The position numbers were made by a program, and so were the translations under genes. This document shows, piece by piece, positions 14,332 through 28,593 of a stretch of 64,000 bases of DNA; positions within the stretch are counted from its first letter, which is position 1; each line of letters starts with the position of its first letter. Where the stretch lies: the NCBI GenBank assembly GCA_038087875.1, contig CM075988.1, positions 2,356,001 through 2,420,000 of the forward strand, given 5' to 3'. Source of the stretch: Malacoraja senta. Lineage: Eukaryota. The notes under the pieces are model-generated. The model ran no database searches. It saw only the letters and a program-made list of their open reading frames with translations, and was not told the origin of the DNA.

Positions 14332-17199
14332 GGAGCTATGAGGATTGTAGACGGGTAAATAGTAAAAGAAAAGCTATTCCTTGAAGGATAGTTATTTAAA
14401 GCAGAGGGCATGGGTTTAGAGTAAATGGTAAGAGGTTTAGAGGAAGTTAAGGAAGAACATTTTCACCCAGGAGGTGTTTGGAATCTGGATGTGAAGTTAG
14501 GTACCCTTACAGTGTCGAAGTATCGAGACGAGCACTTGAATTCCAATGTGGAAGATTATTGACCAGGTGCTAGCAAGTGGGATTAGTGCCCGTGGGTAAT
14601 TAGTAGTCAGCATGAGCATGGTGGATGGAAGGGCCTGCTTCAGTGATGTTGTCTCTGTGCCTATATCTATAGATAGCGGGGATGGTAGAACCTTTCACCT
14701 TTTTACTGGGGTCCAAAACCAAAGGGTGTAGGGTTATGGTAATGCTAGGAAGGTTAGAGTGAATTGAGAAATATTTTTTTCACCCTGATTACTGTTTGAA
14801 TCAGGATTACATTTTCCAAGGGAATAATAGAAGCTGGTACTCTTACAACATTAAAGAGGTATCTGAACAATCCTTTAATTGCCGAGCCGAAAGAAGTTAG
14901 AAGCAAGTGGAATAGAAAGGGATTAACAATGGAAACTTGATTGTTGGTGTTGACTGAAAAGACCCTGTTCTTGTTCTGCACAGTACAATTCTGTTTCTAT
15001 GACTGGGGATAATGAATTAAAGGGTAGGGGCTCGCAGGGACCATAGGTTGAAAGTTGTTAATGGATCATTTGCACCTGTCTTTACAGATGTTGTAGTTGT
15101 AGAAATCTGTCAAATGTTAAATAAATATGAATTTGTTAAAATAAAGTAATACCTAACCAACACGTGAAGGGAATATTTAAGGGAAATATCAGGGAGGGTT
15201 GATGAAACCCTGTGATTGATGTAGTCCATTTTACCAAGGGTTTTGACCAAGTTCTTGCAATGCAGCCATGGTATAAAACTAGCAGTGCATGGAATCCAAG
15301 TGGATGTATAATTGGCTCAGGATTGGGAAACAAAGGATGGTGATTGATGGGTGATTTAGTTCAAGTTCAAGTGAGTTTATTGTCATGTGTCCCTGATAGG
15401 ACAATGAAATTCTTGCTTTGCTTCAGGACAACAGAACATAGTAGGCATTGACTACAAGGCATTCTATAAATATATACACACATGAAACATGATTTATGAT
15501 TACTGCAAAGGTTCTGCAAGGCTTGGTATTCAGTCCCCTTTTCCTTTAGGTATCACTGACTTAAACATCCTCTCAGCATATTAAGTTTTATGACGTACAG
15601 AGATAATATAGAAATTGTGTGGTTGAAGAACAGATGGGTGTGGTTGGGAGAAAACAAAGCTTTTGACAAGAGATGTAGATGATCTGTTTAATCGTGCAGA
15701 AAAGTGCTAATTAATTTAATCTAGAGAAATGAGGTACTACACTTTTGTATGTGCAATGAGGCAAGCGAATAGGTTACAACAGGAGGTTATTGGGTGCTTT
15801 GAAAGAATAGGGGGATCTTGGTATACATCCATAGATTATTAAAGGAGAGGGAGGTATAGTTTGAATTGTATCCCCTTTAGTATTCCCTCTGTCAAGGATG
15901 AATTTCTTCCACTTAAATTCTGACGTGTCTAATGTGGAAACGGCAGACACCACATGGAGTAGAAGCTGTCTGATGATGGGTGGGTAGATTATGAAATGCT
16001 GTGCTCCTTTTGTCTTTACAGTTATGTCATGTATGGTCCAGGATTATGGACATCCTCTCCAATAGCTTTCCTACCCCATCAATGAAATTCATCATCAGTT
16101 TCCATGCACTAGCAGAGTCTTTGAAATCTGGAGAAAAAGTACGTTTGAAGATTAAGGCTAAAAAGCTGCAGTGATCACTGCTCCCCAATATGCTTCCTAT
16201 ACATGGATGTACATCAAACACATGCACATCAAACTAAGAGAGAGACATCGATCGCCAAGGCTGCCTCATTAAAATACTTGATGGATACGAGAACGTACGC
16301 AGCTTCACTCCCAGCCATTATTCTCAGCACCAAAAACCCTAATTACACTCGCTCAGCTCCACTGGGCAAGCTACATCATTTGCATCCTAATCTCTTATCA
16401 CAGGAGGTTTAATTGGAAAAAAAATATTGCAGGATTTTCTCAAAAGCTTAAAACAAATATTGGTACTTTTGCTCACTGATTCCTTGGAGTGCCGAGCCCA
16501 TGACATATCAAGAGGGTGAAGTAGTAGGCAGGATGCCATGTCCATGATCCTGGACCATACATGACCAGATTTGTTCTTCATTATCCGATCTAGATAAGAG
16601 GCGAGCGGTTGAACATAGAACATCAGTACAAAACAGCAAAGGAACAGGCCCTTCGGCCCACAATGTGTGTGCCGAACATAATGTCCAACACTTAGCTGCT
16701 TGCACATAATCCATATTGCTCCATTCCCTGCATATCCAGTGGGAGCAATGAACGTGGGCCGTTGGCTTCAGCAGGATCCCACCAAACCCCACACTGCAGG
16801 AAAGATTTGGTATTGACAATAAATTGCTGGCCCAGTCAACCATGGCTGCATCTCTTCAATGAGGTGCTTACACGTGAAATAAGAATCTGGACTTAAAAAA
16901 AAGACATATATTCTCTTATATTTTTCACATTACTTTGTGTTTCTCCAGGATGAAGGGTCAGTGATTGATTGCATTTTCATTCAAGGTTAACTTTTTTATT
17001 GACTTAACATTATGGAGTTAAGATGACTGTGTGTTGAACTGGTCACCATGAAGGGTTGCTCAGTCTTAGACTTCATGCAGTTGCCAGGGTATCAGGACAA
17101 GTTTTAATAACTGCAGCAATTGTGGTATAGATGGTGGAGCTTCAGTAGGATAACAAGTTTCAGACTGATTTTGTTCTTTTAAAAGGATATTGAAGTGCT

Positions 17200-17900
17200 T
17201 TTCATTTCAATATCAAGGTGTGACTTTCATATTACAAATGTAAATTATATTTTTGTGTCTGAGGATTTGGAATGAATCTCATTTTGCTGGCAAGTTATCA
17301 AGTGAATTTAATTCTGGTATTAGGGCATTGAGGTAAATTTTATTCTAGTTCCTGAAACTTATGATAAATTCCATTGAGGTTTCTGGGTGAAGTTTATTTA
17401 TGGTGCTGGACTACAGAGGTGATCTTCACAATATTACCGGGATATCAGAATTAATTCCATTATTATACCCTGGTATTGAGGTGAATCTTTTGTGATGCAA
17501 GAATACTAAAGTGAATCAAATTGATAATGAGGTCATTATTGTGAAATTCATGAATAAAACACAAAGTGTTGGATCAGTGTAAAGAAGGATTATGACCCAA
17601 ACGTCACCTGTCCATTTCCTCCACAGATGCCGCTGACTCACTAAATTACTCTAGCTATTTGTGTTCTACTCCAGATTCCAGCATCTGCGGTTTCTTGTGT
17701 CTCTATTGTGAATATCATCATGGTTTCAGATTTAATAAGGCACCACAGCATCGAGTTGAATCTTTGCATGGCACCAGGTTATTGAGATGGATTTCATAGC
17801 GTTTTATCATGATAACTTTCCTTATGGTGCTAAAGTATCAGCAACAAATTAATACTGATACCAGGATATGGGGATACATTTTGCATGCACCAGGCATAAA
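17200..17900. repeat. Ancient degenerate ~31-bp tandem repeat, interrupted by a Penelope end at ~17555-17705
   Basis: GTGAAT-like cores at 17302, 17333, 17364, 17387, 17419, 17450, 17481, 17511, 17541, 17756 and 17787. Confidence 0.55.
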
Positions 17901-18009
17901 TTGTACGCGGAGCAGTGGTGTAGCAGGTTAAACAACTTTCTTCAGCTCAAAACGCAGCCCTTGTCTCAAGCAATGAAACAGTCAAAACTGAAGGTTGTTG
18001 AAGCAAGAA

Positions 18010-19430
18010 AGTATAGATAATCCAGTAAATTATAGGTCGGGAGCCACACAACAGTGAAAGGTAATCTATTGGAGAGGATTCTTTGGGATAGGATTTACGC
18101 CTGTTTGGAAGAATATAGACTGATTAGGGATAGCAAGCATGACTTTGTCTGGGGGAGGTCATGTCTTACAAAATCGATTGAGTTTTTTGAAGAGGTGATC
18201 AATGATGAGAGGGCAGTGACACGGGTTTTAGTACGGATTTTGATGAAGTCCCTCATGGTCAGCTGATCCAGAAGATTTAGATGCATAATATCCGAGCTGC
18301 CTTGGTTGTTTGGATTCATAACTGATAGAAGACAGAGGATTGTGGTGGAAGGCTGTTATTCTGGCTGGAGGTCTGTGACCACTGTAGCTCCACAGGGATC
18401 TATGCTGGGACCTCTGTGGTTTGTGAATATGTATTATATAAAAAATGACGGACATCAATGTAGATAGTTTGGTTAGTATGTTTACAGGTGACATAAAATT
18501 TGGTGGAGTTGCGGACAGTGTGGAAGGCTGTCAAAATATCCAGCAGGATATGCATCAGCACCAGAAATGGGTGGAGTAATAGCAGATGGAGTGTAATCCA
18601 AGGCCCGTAACAGCATTAACAGAGATATCTTGGGGGCCAAGTCCATCTCTCTCTGAAAGTGGCAACACAAGTAGATAGTAGTAGCAAAGGCCTGTGGAAT
18701 GCTTTCCTTTATTGGTCTGGGTATTGAGGATTAGAGTCGGAAAGTCATGTTGCAGCTTTATAGGACTTTGGTTACGACACATTTGGAGTATTATGTGCTG
18801 TTATGGTCACATCAATACAGGAAGGATGTCGAGACAATAAGGAGGTTTAAGGGCCTGTCCCACTTTCCCGAGTTACTCACGAGTTCTCCCGAGTTTTCCC
18901 CTTGATTCAAACTCGGAGAATGTCCGTAGGAGGCCGTAGGAGTCCGTAGATATTTCGTAGCGGCTCGTTATGCCAGCCGTAGGTACTCGGGGCATCAGGT
19001 AAGTCGGGACGTTTTTTCCAGCATGACAAAAGTCCACAAGTAAAAAGATAGTCGGGAGGAGGAGTTCGTAGATCACAAAAATCTTGATTTTTTTTTAAGG
19101 TCCTTTCAACTCGGCAGAGGACTCGGGAAAGTGGGACAGGCCCTTTATCAGGATGCTACCTGGATTAGAGAGTATTGGCTAAAAGTAGAAGCTGAACAAA
19201 CTTGGATTGTTTTCTCTAGTGTGTCAGAGGCTGAGGGGGGACCTGACAGAAATATATAAAATGACGAGAGACCTAGATAAGGTAGACGGACAGAATAATT
19301 TTCCCAGAGTGGAAATGTCAATGACTAGACAGCATACCTTTAAGTTGAAAGGGCAAAGTTTAAAGGACATGTGTGGGACAAGTTTTTTGTTACTGATAGT
19401 GTGGTGGTTGCCTGAAATTCAATGCCAGAG
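18010..19430 (+). mobile_element. Degenerate CR1 LINE RT/3' region containing a MITE
   Basis: KHDFVWGRSCLTKSIEFFEEV and QRLRGDLTEIYK remnants; the reading RRF|IRM is interrupted by the MITE at 18850-19144. Confidence 0.75.
18850..19144. mobile_element. PIF/Harbinger-type MITE
   Basis: Terminal inverted repeats AGGGCCTGTCCCACTTTCCCGAGT / ACTCGGGAAAGTGGGACAGGCCCT; 3-bp TSD TTA; no ORF. Confidence 0.8.
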
Positions 19431-19555
19431 GATGCAAGATTAATTGGTTATTGTATATTACTCACATGTGGGTGGTTGGAGAGAGAAAGGCGTGTAGGGA
19501 AATAAAGTGGGGAATAGATTGATATTTTTGAGAAATACACTTGTTGGCCTCCAAT

Positions 19556-21890
19556 GTCAAGTCAAGTCAAGTTTATTTGTCACATACACATACGAGATGT
19601 GCAGTGAAATGAAAAGTGGCAATGCTCGCGGACTTTGTGCAAAAAAACCAAACAAACAAACAAACTACAACAGAATGGAAGAATAGAATCACATATTCTT
19701 TTACATATTAAATATTGTGGGCGGAAGCAAAAAGGGGAAAAAAACAGGGGAAAAACAAAAAACAGCAATTTTTTAAAAACAGTAGAGTGGAGTAAAGTTA
19801 GTCCCTGGTGAGATAGGAGTTTACAGTCCTAATGGCCTCAGGGAAGAAACTCCTCAACCTCTCTGTTCTCACAGCATGGCAACGGAGGCGTTTGCCTGAC
19901 CGTAGCAGCTGGAACAGTCCGTTGCAGGGGTGGAAGGGGTCTCCCATGATCTTATTGGCTCTGGAGTTGCACCTCCTGATGTATAGTTCCTGCAGAGGGG
20001 TGAGTGTAGTTTCCATTGTGCGTTCGGCCGAACGCACTACTCTCTGCAGAGCCTTTTTGTCCTGGGCAGAGCAATTCCCAAACCAGATTGTAATATTTTC
20101 GGACAAGATGCTTTCCACAGCCGCTGAGTAAAAGCACTGGAGGATCTTCGGAGACACTCTGAATTTCCTCAATTGCCTGAGGTGGTAAAGGCGCTGCCTT
20201 GCCTTACTCACGAGTGCTGCAGCGTGTGATGTCCATGTCATATCCTCAGAGATGTGGACTCCCAGGTATTTAAAACAGCTCACCCTATCCACAGTATCCC
20301 CATTTATCCTCAATGGTGTGTACGTCCTCGGATGATGTGCCCTCCTCAAGTCCATGATCAGCTCCTTAGTTTTTTTGATGTTCAAGAGGAGGCTGTTGTC
20401 CTGACACCAGAGTGCCAGATCAGCCACCTCCTCCTGAGATCAGGCCCACCACCACAGTGTCTGAGATCAGGCCCACCACCACAGTGTCATCAGCAAACTT
20501 GATGATCGAGTTGGAGCTGAACCTGGCCACACAGTCATGTGTGTACAGGGAGTACAGTAGGGGGCTGAGGACGCAACCCTGGTGGGATCCTGTGCTCAGG
20601 GTGAGGGACTTCGATGTATTCCCTCCCATCTTGACTACCTGGGTCCTGGCGGTGAGAAAGTCCAGGGTCCAGGCACACAGGGGGGTGTTGAGCCCTAATT
20701 CCAGTAGCTTCTCGGCCAGTCTGGTGGGGACTATCGTGTTGAAGGCTGAACTGAAGTCTATGAACAGCATCCTCACGTAGCCCCCCTTCTGGCTGTCAAG
20801 ATGAGAGAGAGTGGTGTGCAAAACCTGGGAGACCGCATTGTCCGTGGACCTGTTCGGACGGTATGCGAATTGTAACTGGTCCATGTTGCGAGGGAGGAAG
20901 GCGCAGATGTGTTTCTTCACCAGCCTCTCAAAGCTACCGAGGTGAGGGCCACCGGACGGTAGTCATTCAGACAGGCTGGGGAGGCATTTTTAGGTACCGG
21001 TACAATGATGGATTTTTTGAAGCAGGCAGGGACCACGGACTTGTCCAGGGAGAGGTTGAATATTGTAGTGAACACCGGAGCTAGCTGCGTAGCACAGGAC
21101 TTAAGTACTCGCCCCACGAGATGCCATCGGGGCCTGCAGCTTTCCTCGTGTTCCCCTGTGTCAGAGCCCTCCTCACATCGTGCTCAGACAACGAGAATGT
21201 GTGCACATTCCTCCCTTCAGCTTCGATAGCCAGCCCGCTGACGGTATTGTCGATAGTCGGCAGACCTGGGGTGGTGTTGTCCGTCTCAAAACGAGCGTAA
21301 AAGGAGTTCAGGTCATCAGCTAGGGAGGTGCCGGCGCTTGTGGATGAGGGGGGGTGCTCCGGTAGTTGGTTACAGTCCCTAGCCCCTGCCACAGGTGTCT
21401 GGTGTCCTGCTGCTTCATCTGTGACTCCATCTTGTCCCTGTACCTCCTTTTTGCGTCCTTCACCGCCCTTCGCAGTTGGTAGGACTTTACCTTGTAGACG
21501 TCCATGTTTCCGGATGCCAGGCCCGAGTTGTAGGCAGCGGTGCGAGCATTCAAGGCAACACGAACGGACCTGTCTACCCAGGGTTTTTAATTCGGAAAGG
21601 TGCTAACCCTTACAGTGGGGACAATGTTGTCGGATATTGTTGCGATGAAGTCCGTGACTGCTTCCGCGAACTCACTGACGTCTCTGGAACTTGCTTGGAA
21701 CACATTCCAGTCGACATCGCTCAGTGCATCTTGCAGCATGGCCTCTGACTGGTCGGACCACCGCTTTACGTCCCTCGTCACTGCCGCTTCCCGAGCTATC
21801 CTCTGTTTGTACTCCGGCAGCAGGAAAATGGCAGCGTGGTCAGATTTTTCTTGGGGAGTGAAACGGCCTTGTAGCCCTTCCGGAAATGTC
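19556..21890 (-). mobile_element. Rex1/Babar-type non-LTR retrotransposon, 5'-truncated and frameshifted
   Basis: [51 protein letters not shown] and KARQRLYHLRQL motifs; (TTGAC)n-type 3' tail at 19556. Confidence 0.88.
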
Positions 21891-23194
21891 ATAAGAAACA
21901 TTTAGACAGGTTGCATGGATAGGACAGGTTTAGAGGGACATGGGCCAAACAAAGGCAGGTGGGACTAGTGTAGATGAGACATGTGGGTCGGTGTGAGCAA
22001 ATTGCGCTGAATAGCCTGATTCTGCATTGTATGACTCTCTCTGTCAATAAATATGATAATTCCATACTTCTGCAGGTTATCAGGATGATTTTTGTTGGTT
22101 CATTTAATGTGGGGCCAGTGGTTTGGGGTGAATTTTATCATAGAATGATGAGATGAGGAGGGATCTCTCAGTGATATATTACAAAGTTGAATTTTATTGA
22201 TATTCCACAGTATTGAGATACTTACAAGGGTATTAATATGATTTTTATTGTATGATCATAGCATAATAATTTTTAAATTCCAAAGGACCGATAACTACGT
22301 ATTTGAGGAATTTTATAGTGACTAGGTAAGTATCCAGCTATTATATACCCCAATTTATTGCAAAACGCATCTATATATCTTCACCAATATTTCAAATTCT
22401 GGCATTAATTTATCGGCATTGCAGTATTTGTGAGAGGTGATTGACTTCATCTGTGATTTTTCTTTGTATTACACCCAAGTTGATGGAACACATTTGCAAG
22501 ACCTGGTGTTTTTCAATCTTGGGTATTATCTCTTAGTTAAGGTATCTGGTTACGTTTCTGAGAAAAGCAATTGTTCTCGGTTAAGTAAATGGTATATAAT
22601 TACATAATCTTGCAGCATGGCAGAGAGAATGTTTAGTCCATCATGCTTGTTGGTACTGAGTAGTTAATTAGTGCCATTCATCTTTTCATTCCTGTAGCCC
22701 ACAGCTGTTCCATTATTTGCTGTTTGATCCAATTGTTAGAATGCGTTGGATCTTCCTTAAATTGAAACCATAGATAGTCCAAATTAAGAAACCACTTCCA
22801 TAGTTGTTCCTTTAAATTTGAAATCAAGTAGCATTGTAAAGTCCAGAAATTGAGGGTGGTAGCATTTTTGTGCAAATTTGGAAAGTGTCATGCCTTGATA
22901 TTCCGGTTGCCAAATGAACATATCTAGTTTTGCATATAATTCCATCATTATGTATTCATTTGTATTATCGAGCATCTCCGGCGAGTGTGGCAGGTGGAGG
23001 GGTGTGTGAACACCACTCTGTACTCATCAGCAGGGGTGCTTCAGGGATGGTTGACAACTTCAATTTCCTTGACATTATCTCATTAGCAACTTAACCTGAT
23101 CCTTTCCCAGGGGGAATGGACTCAACTTGTTGGGGTTACTGACTGCGTATATTCCAGACTGATGCAGTTCACTGCATGCAAATGTGGAAAGAGT

Positions 23195-23499
23195 GACGGC
23201 ACGGTGGCGCAGTGGCAAAGTTGCCGCCTTACAGCGGCAGAGACCCTGGTTCGATCCTGACTAAGGGTGCTTGTCTGTACGGGGTTTGTACGTTCTCCCC
23301 GTGACCTGCATGGGTTTTGTCTGGGAGCTCCGGTTTCCTCCCACACTACAAAGATGTACAGGTTTGTAGGATAATTGGCTTGGTAAAATTGTTAAATTGT
23401 CCCTTGTGTGTGTAGGATAGTGTTAGTGTATGGGAATCGCTGTTCGGCATGGACTTGATGGGCCAAAGGACCTGTTTTCTCGCTGTATCCATAAACTAA
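23195..23499 (+). mobile_element. V-SINE-like SINE
   Basis: tRNA-like head with A/B boxes (GGTGGCGCAGTGG, GGTTCGATCC), V-domain, CR1-like tail ending TAAACTAA. Confidence 0.8.
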
Positions 23500-24087
23500 G
23501 TTGAGTGGCAGATGCTAAGCCAATATCACTCCACTCTGTCACTGGATGCCGGGTGTGGTCCCATGAAATGCTGAAATTCGAGAGCAGGATGCTGAGGAAA
23601 CTACCTGGCTTGGTGTAGGATTGGAGTTGATCTTTGAATAGGATTCGAGACCTGGAATTCAGGCAGAAAAAAGTTAAGTTTAGTTTTGCTTTGTGTTTTC
23701 ATTATAATTTTTATTTTTAAATGATTATTATTTAATATATTTATGTTTTTATATCTCCAAATAACAATTAATTTGATAGTAATACCAAATGTAATTTGGA
23801 TTAAAGATTCCACTGATGCATCATTTGAATCTCCTAAAGAATCATTCACCAAAACCACTGACAAACTCATTCATTCCATTTTTTATGGAGGCCTAATTGT
23901 AACTTTAAAATTGGTAGAGTCAAGAGTGTTTTATTGTCATATGTCCCGGATGGGACAATGAAATTCTTACTTGCTGCAGCACAACAGAATATGTGAATAA
24001 GTAAACATAGTACATAACGGGGAAAGAGAAAATAAAAGAAAAAGTGCAATAAATAACAAATATAGTGCAATAATACTAGTCTTTTGC

Positions 24088-25325
24088 AGTTCAGAGCTTA
24101 TTCATCGTTGTGTTTAATAGCCTGATGGCTGTAGGGAAGAAGCAGTTCCTGAACCTGGACGTTACAGTTTTCAGGCTCCTGTACCATCTTCCTGATGGCA
24201 ATGGTGAAATGAGTGTGTGGCTAGGATGGTGTGGGTCCTTGATGATTTTGGCTGCCTTTTTGAGGCAGCGACTACGATAGATCCCTTCGACGGTGGGGAG
24301 GTCAAAGACTGGGCAGTGGTCACAACTTTTTGTAGTCTTTTTCGCTCCTGGATGTTCAAGTTGCCGAACCAGGCCACAATGCAACCAATCAGAATGCTCT
24401 CTACCATGCACCTGTAGAAGTTTAGGAGAATCCTCTTCGACATGCCGAATCTCCGTAATCTTCTCGGGAAGTAGAGTCGCTGATGTGCCTTCTTTATAAT
24501 TGCATCCAAGAGCGGATCTCACTATCAAAACATGGAGGGGATGGGACACAATTTTTTGGCGGCCACGCGTGCATGCGCACTCACACACACGCGCGCGAGG
24601 CTTCGGAGGCTCAATCCAGCGCTAAATGCAGCTCAACTGCCTGTCTCATCAGGGTTAACTACAGCCCTGCCTGGACTGACGGGATACCTGCGCTGCTTCT
24701 CCGCACTGGCCTTATTTCCCGCAAGTCCAGGAAGGGTTGTAAGCTCACCTGGCAGGACAGGCAGAGTTAGCTGGGTTTAGCGCTGCTTCTCTGCGCTGGC
24801 CCATCTGACTGCCGACCAAAGATCCTATAGCGGAGGATCTTTGCTGCCGACCTCTGGCCACCCATGGGGGGGGGGGGGTACTCGGGTGGGGACGGGACAG
24901 CGCCGGAGAGCCGGCCGGGATCGATCCTGTCCTGGCTACGGATGAAGCGCGGGTCTGTGCCACGTCTCCCTCCTCCAATCATCGCGCTGAATCATGTCCC
25001 GCCCCCATTGCCTGCTGACCGATGTCTCTCTCGTCCAATCAGCGCCCTCGATCATCAGTCCCGCCCCCACTGTCTCGCGGAAAGCGGAGATTTTAAAATC
25101 CGGATCACAAAAACTTGGGGGGGGTATGTCCCACACCTCTCAAAACATGGAGGGGACGTGTCCCCTCTGGCCCCCCCCCCCGGGTTTTCTGTCCCTGATT
25201 GCATCGGTGTGCTGGGTCCAGGAAAGAACTTCGGAGATATGCACGCCCAGGAATTTGAAGTTATTGACCCTCTCCACCATCGTCCCATTGATGTGAACAG
25301 GATTGTGGGTCCTCATCCTTCCCCC
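24088..25325 (-). mobile_element. Rex1/Babar-type 3' fragment split by a hAT MITE
   Basis: KKAHQRLYF, VESILIGCIVAWFGN and SRFRNCFFPTAIRLLN motifs; homology resumes after 25205. Confidence 0.75.
24507..25197. mobile_element. Non-autonomous hAT-like DNA transposon
   Basis: 8-bp TSD ATTGCATC (24499-24506, 25198-25205); imperfect TIRs CAAGAGCGGA / TCTGTCCCTG; GC-rich interior. Confidence 0.75.
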
Positions 25326-26726
25326 ACCTAGCTTTGTACAGTCCTGATCACTACATAATACAAGGATAATGGATTTATTTTCTAATTAGGGTAATCAATA
25401 TCAATTAATTAAATAATAATTCAATTATGCTGCAGTAAAGTTTGTTTTTTGGAATTTATAGACATTTCAAATTCAGAATTGCTTTACAGGATTAACCCAG
25501 GATTGTGAGCAATGTTCACTGCATTATCTACGTTAATATATCACTTTGAAATATTTAGGTGGGATTTCAGCCTGGTCTGGCAACTGCTCTGTTCATAACC
25601 GCCTAAACCTGCAGAGAGTGGTGAACGTAGCCCAGTCCATTACACGCTCATCCAGTCCATCTCCACTGTTGCATCAGGAAGGCTGCAAGTATCGTCCTGG
25701 ATGCTTATCACTCTGGCTATTCCCTTATCTCTCATCTACCACCTTGGAGAAGGTGAAGGAACTTGAAAGCCCAGAAGTTCAGACTTCGGAGCAGCTTCTT
25801 CCTCACTGCTATCAGATTCCTGAACCAATTGCCTCATTACCTCCTCTTCCAAGAAATGTAAGATATATTTGACCTGCAACACCTGTAACTAAAATGTTCA
25901 GCTGTGTTCAAAACACAAAGTACTGGAGGATCTCAGCGGGTCAGGCAACATCTGTAGATAAAGTGAACTGATAATGTTTCGAGCCAGGACCCTTCTTCAG
26001 ACTGATCAAATGTGTTCAGATCTGTTCCTACGCTCAGCCTAGACTGAGTGCCACTCCTTTTAATTTTCCTATTTTCATAAACCTTTTATCTCTTTGCAGT
26101 CATCTTTACTATCTTGTCAACTGGTTAATATATGCAAAGACTGGTTTCTAGCAGGCCTGAAAATTTCCCTGCATACCTGTAGCGTATCTTGCAATTGTGC
26201 AGCTGACAAAACGGGTAGCGAATGCTGGATAATGGATTGATTTTTATGTGTGGGACAGCGTTGGATTTTATTTTAGGTCTATCTTTCTGGAAAGATATTG
26301 TCCACTTTTTTGTTTGTTTGGAATCTGCAGACCTATTCAGGATCTGTGAGGTGGGATACAATTCAGTCACATACTGCCCCCACAAGGCTGCAGCTTAAAA
26401 AATAGTGGTGAGCCCTAATATACGTCATGTATTGACACAGTTTATATATTATTTCCTGTCCAGGTGAAATAATCTGTGATTCAGCAAAAAATATTGTGAA
26501 TCAGCATTTAGAGTGGGCAAGTGACTGATTGTGGTTGTCTAGACTGAGTACTAGTGTAATCGTTGCATTTTGGTGAGAGCTGATGGTACACGGTTTCAAG
26601 TATATGATGTAATCATTGCTCTTTAATTTTTTTTACTCATGTGTAAGATGAGTGTTGTCAGCAAAGCCTGAAAACCTAATCCACCAGGTTCAGGAACAGC
26701 TACTTCCCAACAACCAACTACTGAGA

Positions 26727-27066
26727 ACGGTATGGTGGCACAGCAAGTAGACCCGCTGCCTCACCGCGCCAGAGACCCAGGTTTGATTCTGACCTCGGGT
26801 GCTGTCTGTGTGGAGTTTGCACATTATCCCTGTGACCGCGTGGGTTCCCCCCCTGGTTCCCTGGTTTTCTCCCACATTCCAATGACATGCGGGTTTTTAT
26901 GTTAATTAGATTCTGTGTGTGTCAAACAAAAAAATACTCCTAGTGTAGGGACTGGATGTGAAAATGGGATAAAATAAAACTAGTGTGATGGGTGATTGAT
27001 GGTCAGTGAGGACTTGGTAGGCCTAAGGGCCTATTTCCATGCTGTATCCCTAAACTAAACTAAAAC
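26727..27066 (+). mobile_element. V-SINE-like SINE
   Basis: tRNA-like head, TGTGTGGAGTTTGCAC...CCCACATTCCAA domain, (TAAAC)n tail. Confidence 0.75.
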
Positions 27067-27552
27067 TACTGATACAACAAATACCAACCAAACTACGAAC
27101 TATCTTGGTTGCACCAGTGGTTTCGGGCTTTTGGTTCACATTGATGTTTTTAAAATATATTTAACTTTTTTTTGTTTGTTCTTGATTCCATCCACACTTT
27201 ACACTGCCTCGGCAAGGCCGCCAGCATAATTAAGAACCAGTTCCAAACCGGTCACTCCCTCTTCTCCCCTCTCCCATCTGGCAAGAGGAACAGAAATTTG
27301 AAAATGCATACCTCCAGATTCAGGGACTGTTTCTTCCCAGCTGTTGTCAGGCAACTGAATGGTCCTCTGATCAGCTACAGTGTGCTCCTGACTTCCCATC
27401 TACATAATAGAAACCTTTGACCAATCTTTAATTTGACTTTATCAGACTTCATCTTGTACTATATGTTATATCCTTTATCTGTATACTGTGGTCTTTTCTT
27501 TGACCGAATAGCATACAAACAGTAGCTTTTCACCATACCTCGGTACACATGT

Positions 27553-28593
27553 TAGGTATGTTACAAAACTTACCTTCAGTCGCTCTGTAATTCTGCCACT
27601 GGCCGTGTGCGCGATTTTGGCGCCTTTAAGGGGGGGGCGGGGTTAAAACGCGGGTTTCTCCTCCCTTGTCCTGGTTAATATTTTGTTGGAGTACAAGCGT
27701 TGGCTGAAGAATCGTTCCTAGTGGCCTTTTGTGTATTTTTTATTTTTATTAAATCGTCAATGTCAGCGCTAGAATAATTTTAAAATCAGCTCCTGAAGCG
27801 TCAACGCCGATAACGGGGACGGATTTCACACACGGGACAGGTAAACGAAAGTGGTTTCTTTAAATGTATAAAAGTGCTTCTAAAGAAGCCTTTAATTCAC
27901 ATTTTTTCATGCGACATGGTGATTTTATTCCCCGAATTAACGGCAGTATTTTTCATGCCAATATGGGGTTAAATTCACCGCAAATGAACGTTCCAAAAGA
28001 TCGCGTTCCAGACATCCTCACTCACAAGATGATTTAAATGCCCATTAATTTACAGGTATTAAACATTCAATTCCTTCCATTTGGCCTGTAAATTCATGAA
28101 AATTAGATTTAAAAATTATGTTATATTGTGAATTATTGTGTGAATGTTATTTGGACACTTAGGCTATTTAAAAATGTTAATCTATTCTTAAGAAATTGAT
28201 AGATGTTTAGATCTAGTAATTGAATTTTGTAATTAGCTACAATTAGGTAACTAACTAATTATATGCTTTACTTTCATGTCTTCTAAGTAAGATTGTTTCA
28301 TATTTGTTTCAGAATGCTTCAATCTATAATAACTGAAAATTTCTTTCAGTTATCTTAATTTTTAAGAAAGTTATGGGCTTTTAACTGTCCTCGATCACAG
28401 CTTTTGTGTTAAGTCAATGGAAAGCAATAGGGAACAAGATGCTAATTTCCGAGTATGAAAATGGCCATAACTTCTTTAATACTGAAGATATGAAAGTGAA
28501 TTAGGTGTCAAATTAAACTTCTTTTTATGCTTTATCTGATGGGATAAATTGCAGACTTTATATTTTAAATCTCAAAATTTTGTAACATTGCTA
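27553..28593. mobile_element. Non-autonomous DNA transposon (~1.04 kb), superfamily uncertain
   Basis: TIRs TAGGTATGTTACAAAA / TTTTGTAACATTGCTA; flanking duplication CACATGT (27546-27552, 28594-28600). Confidence 0.75.
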
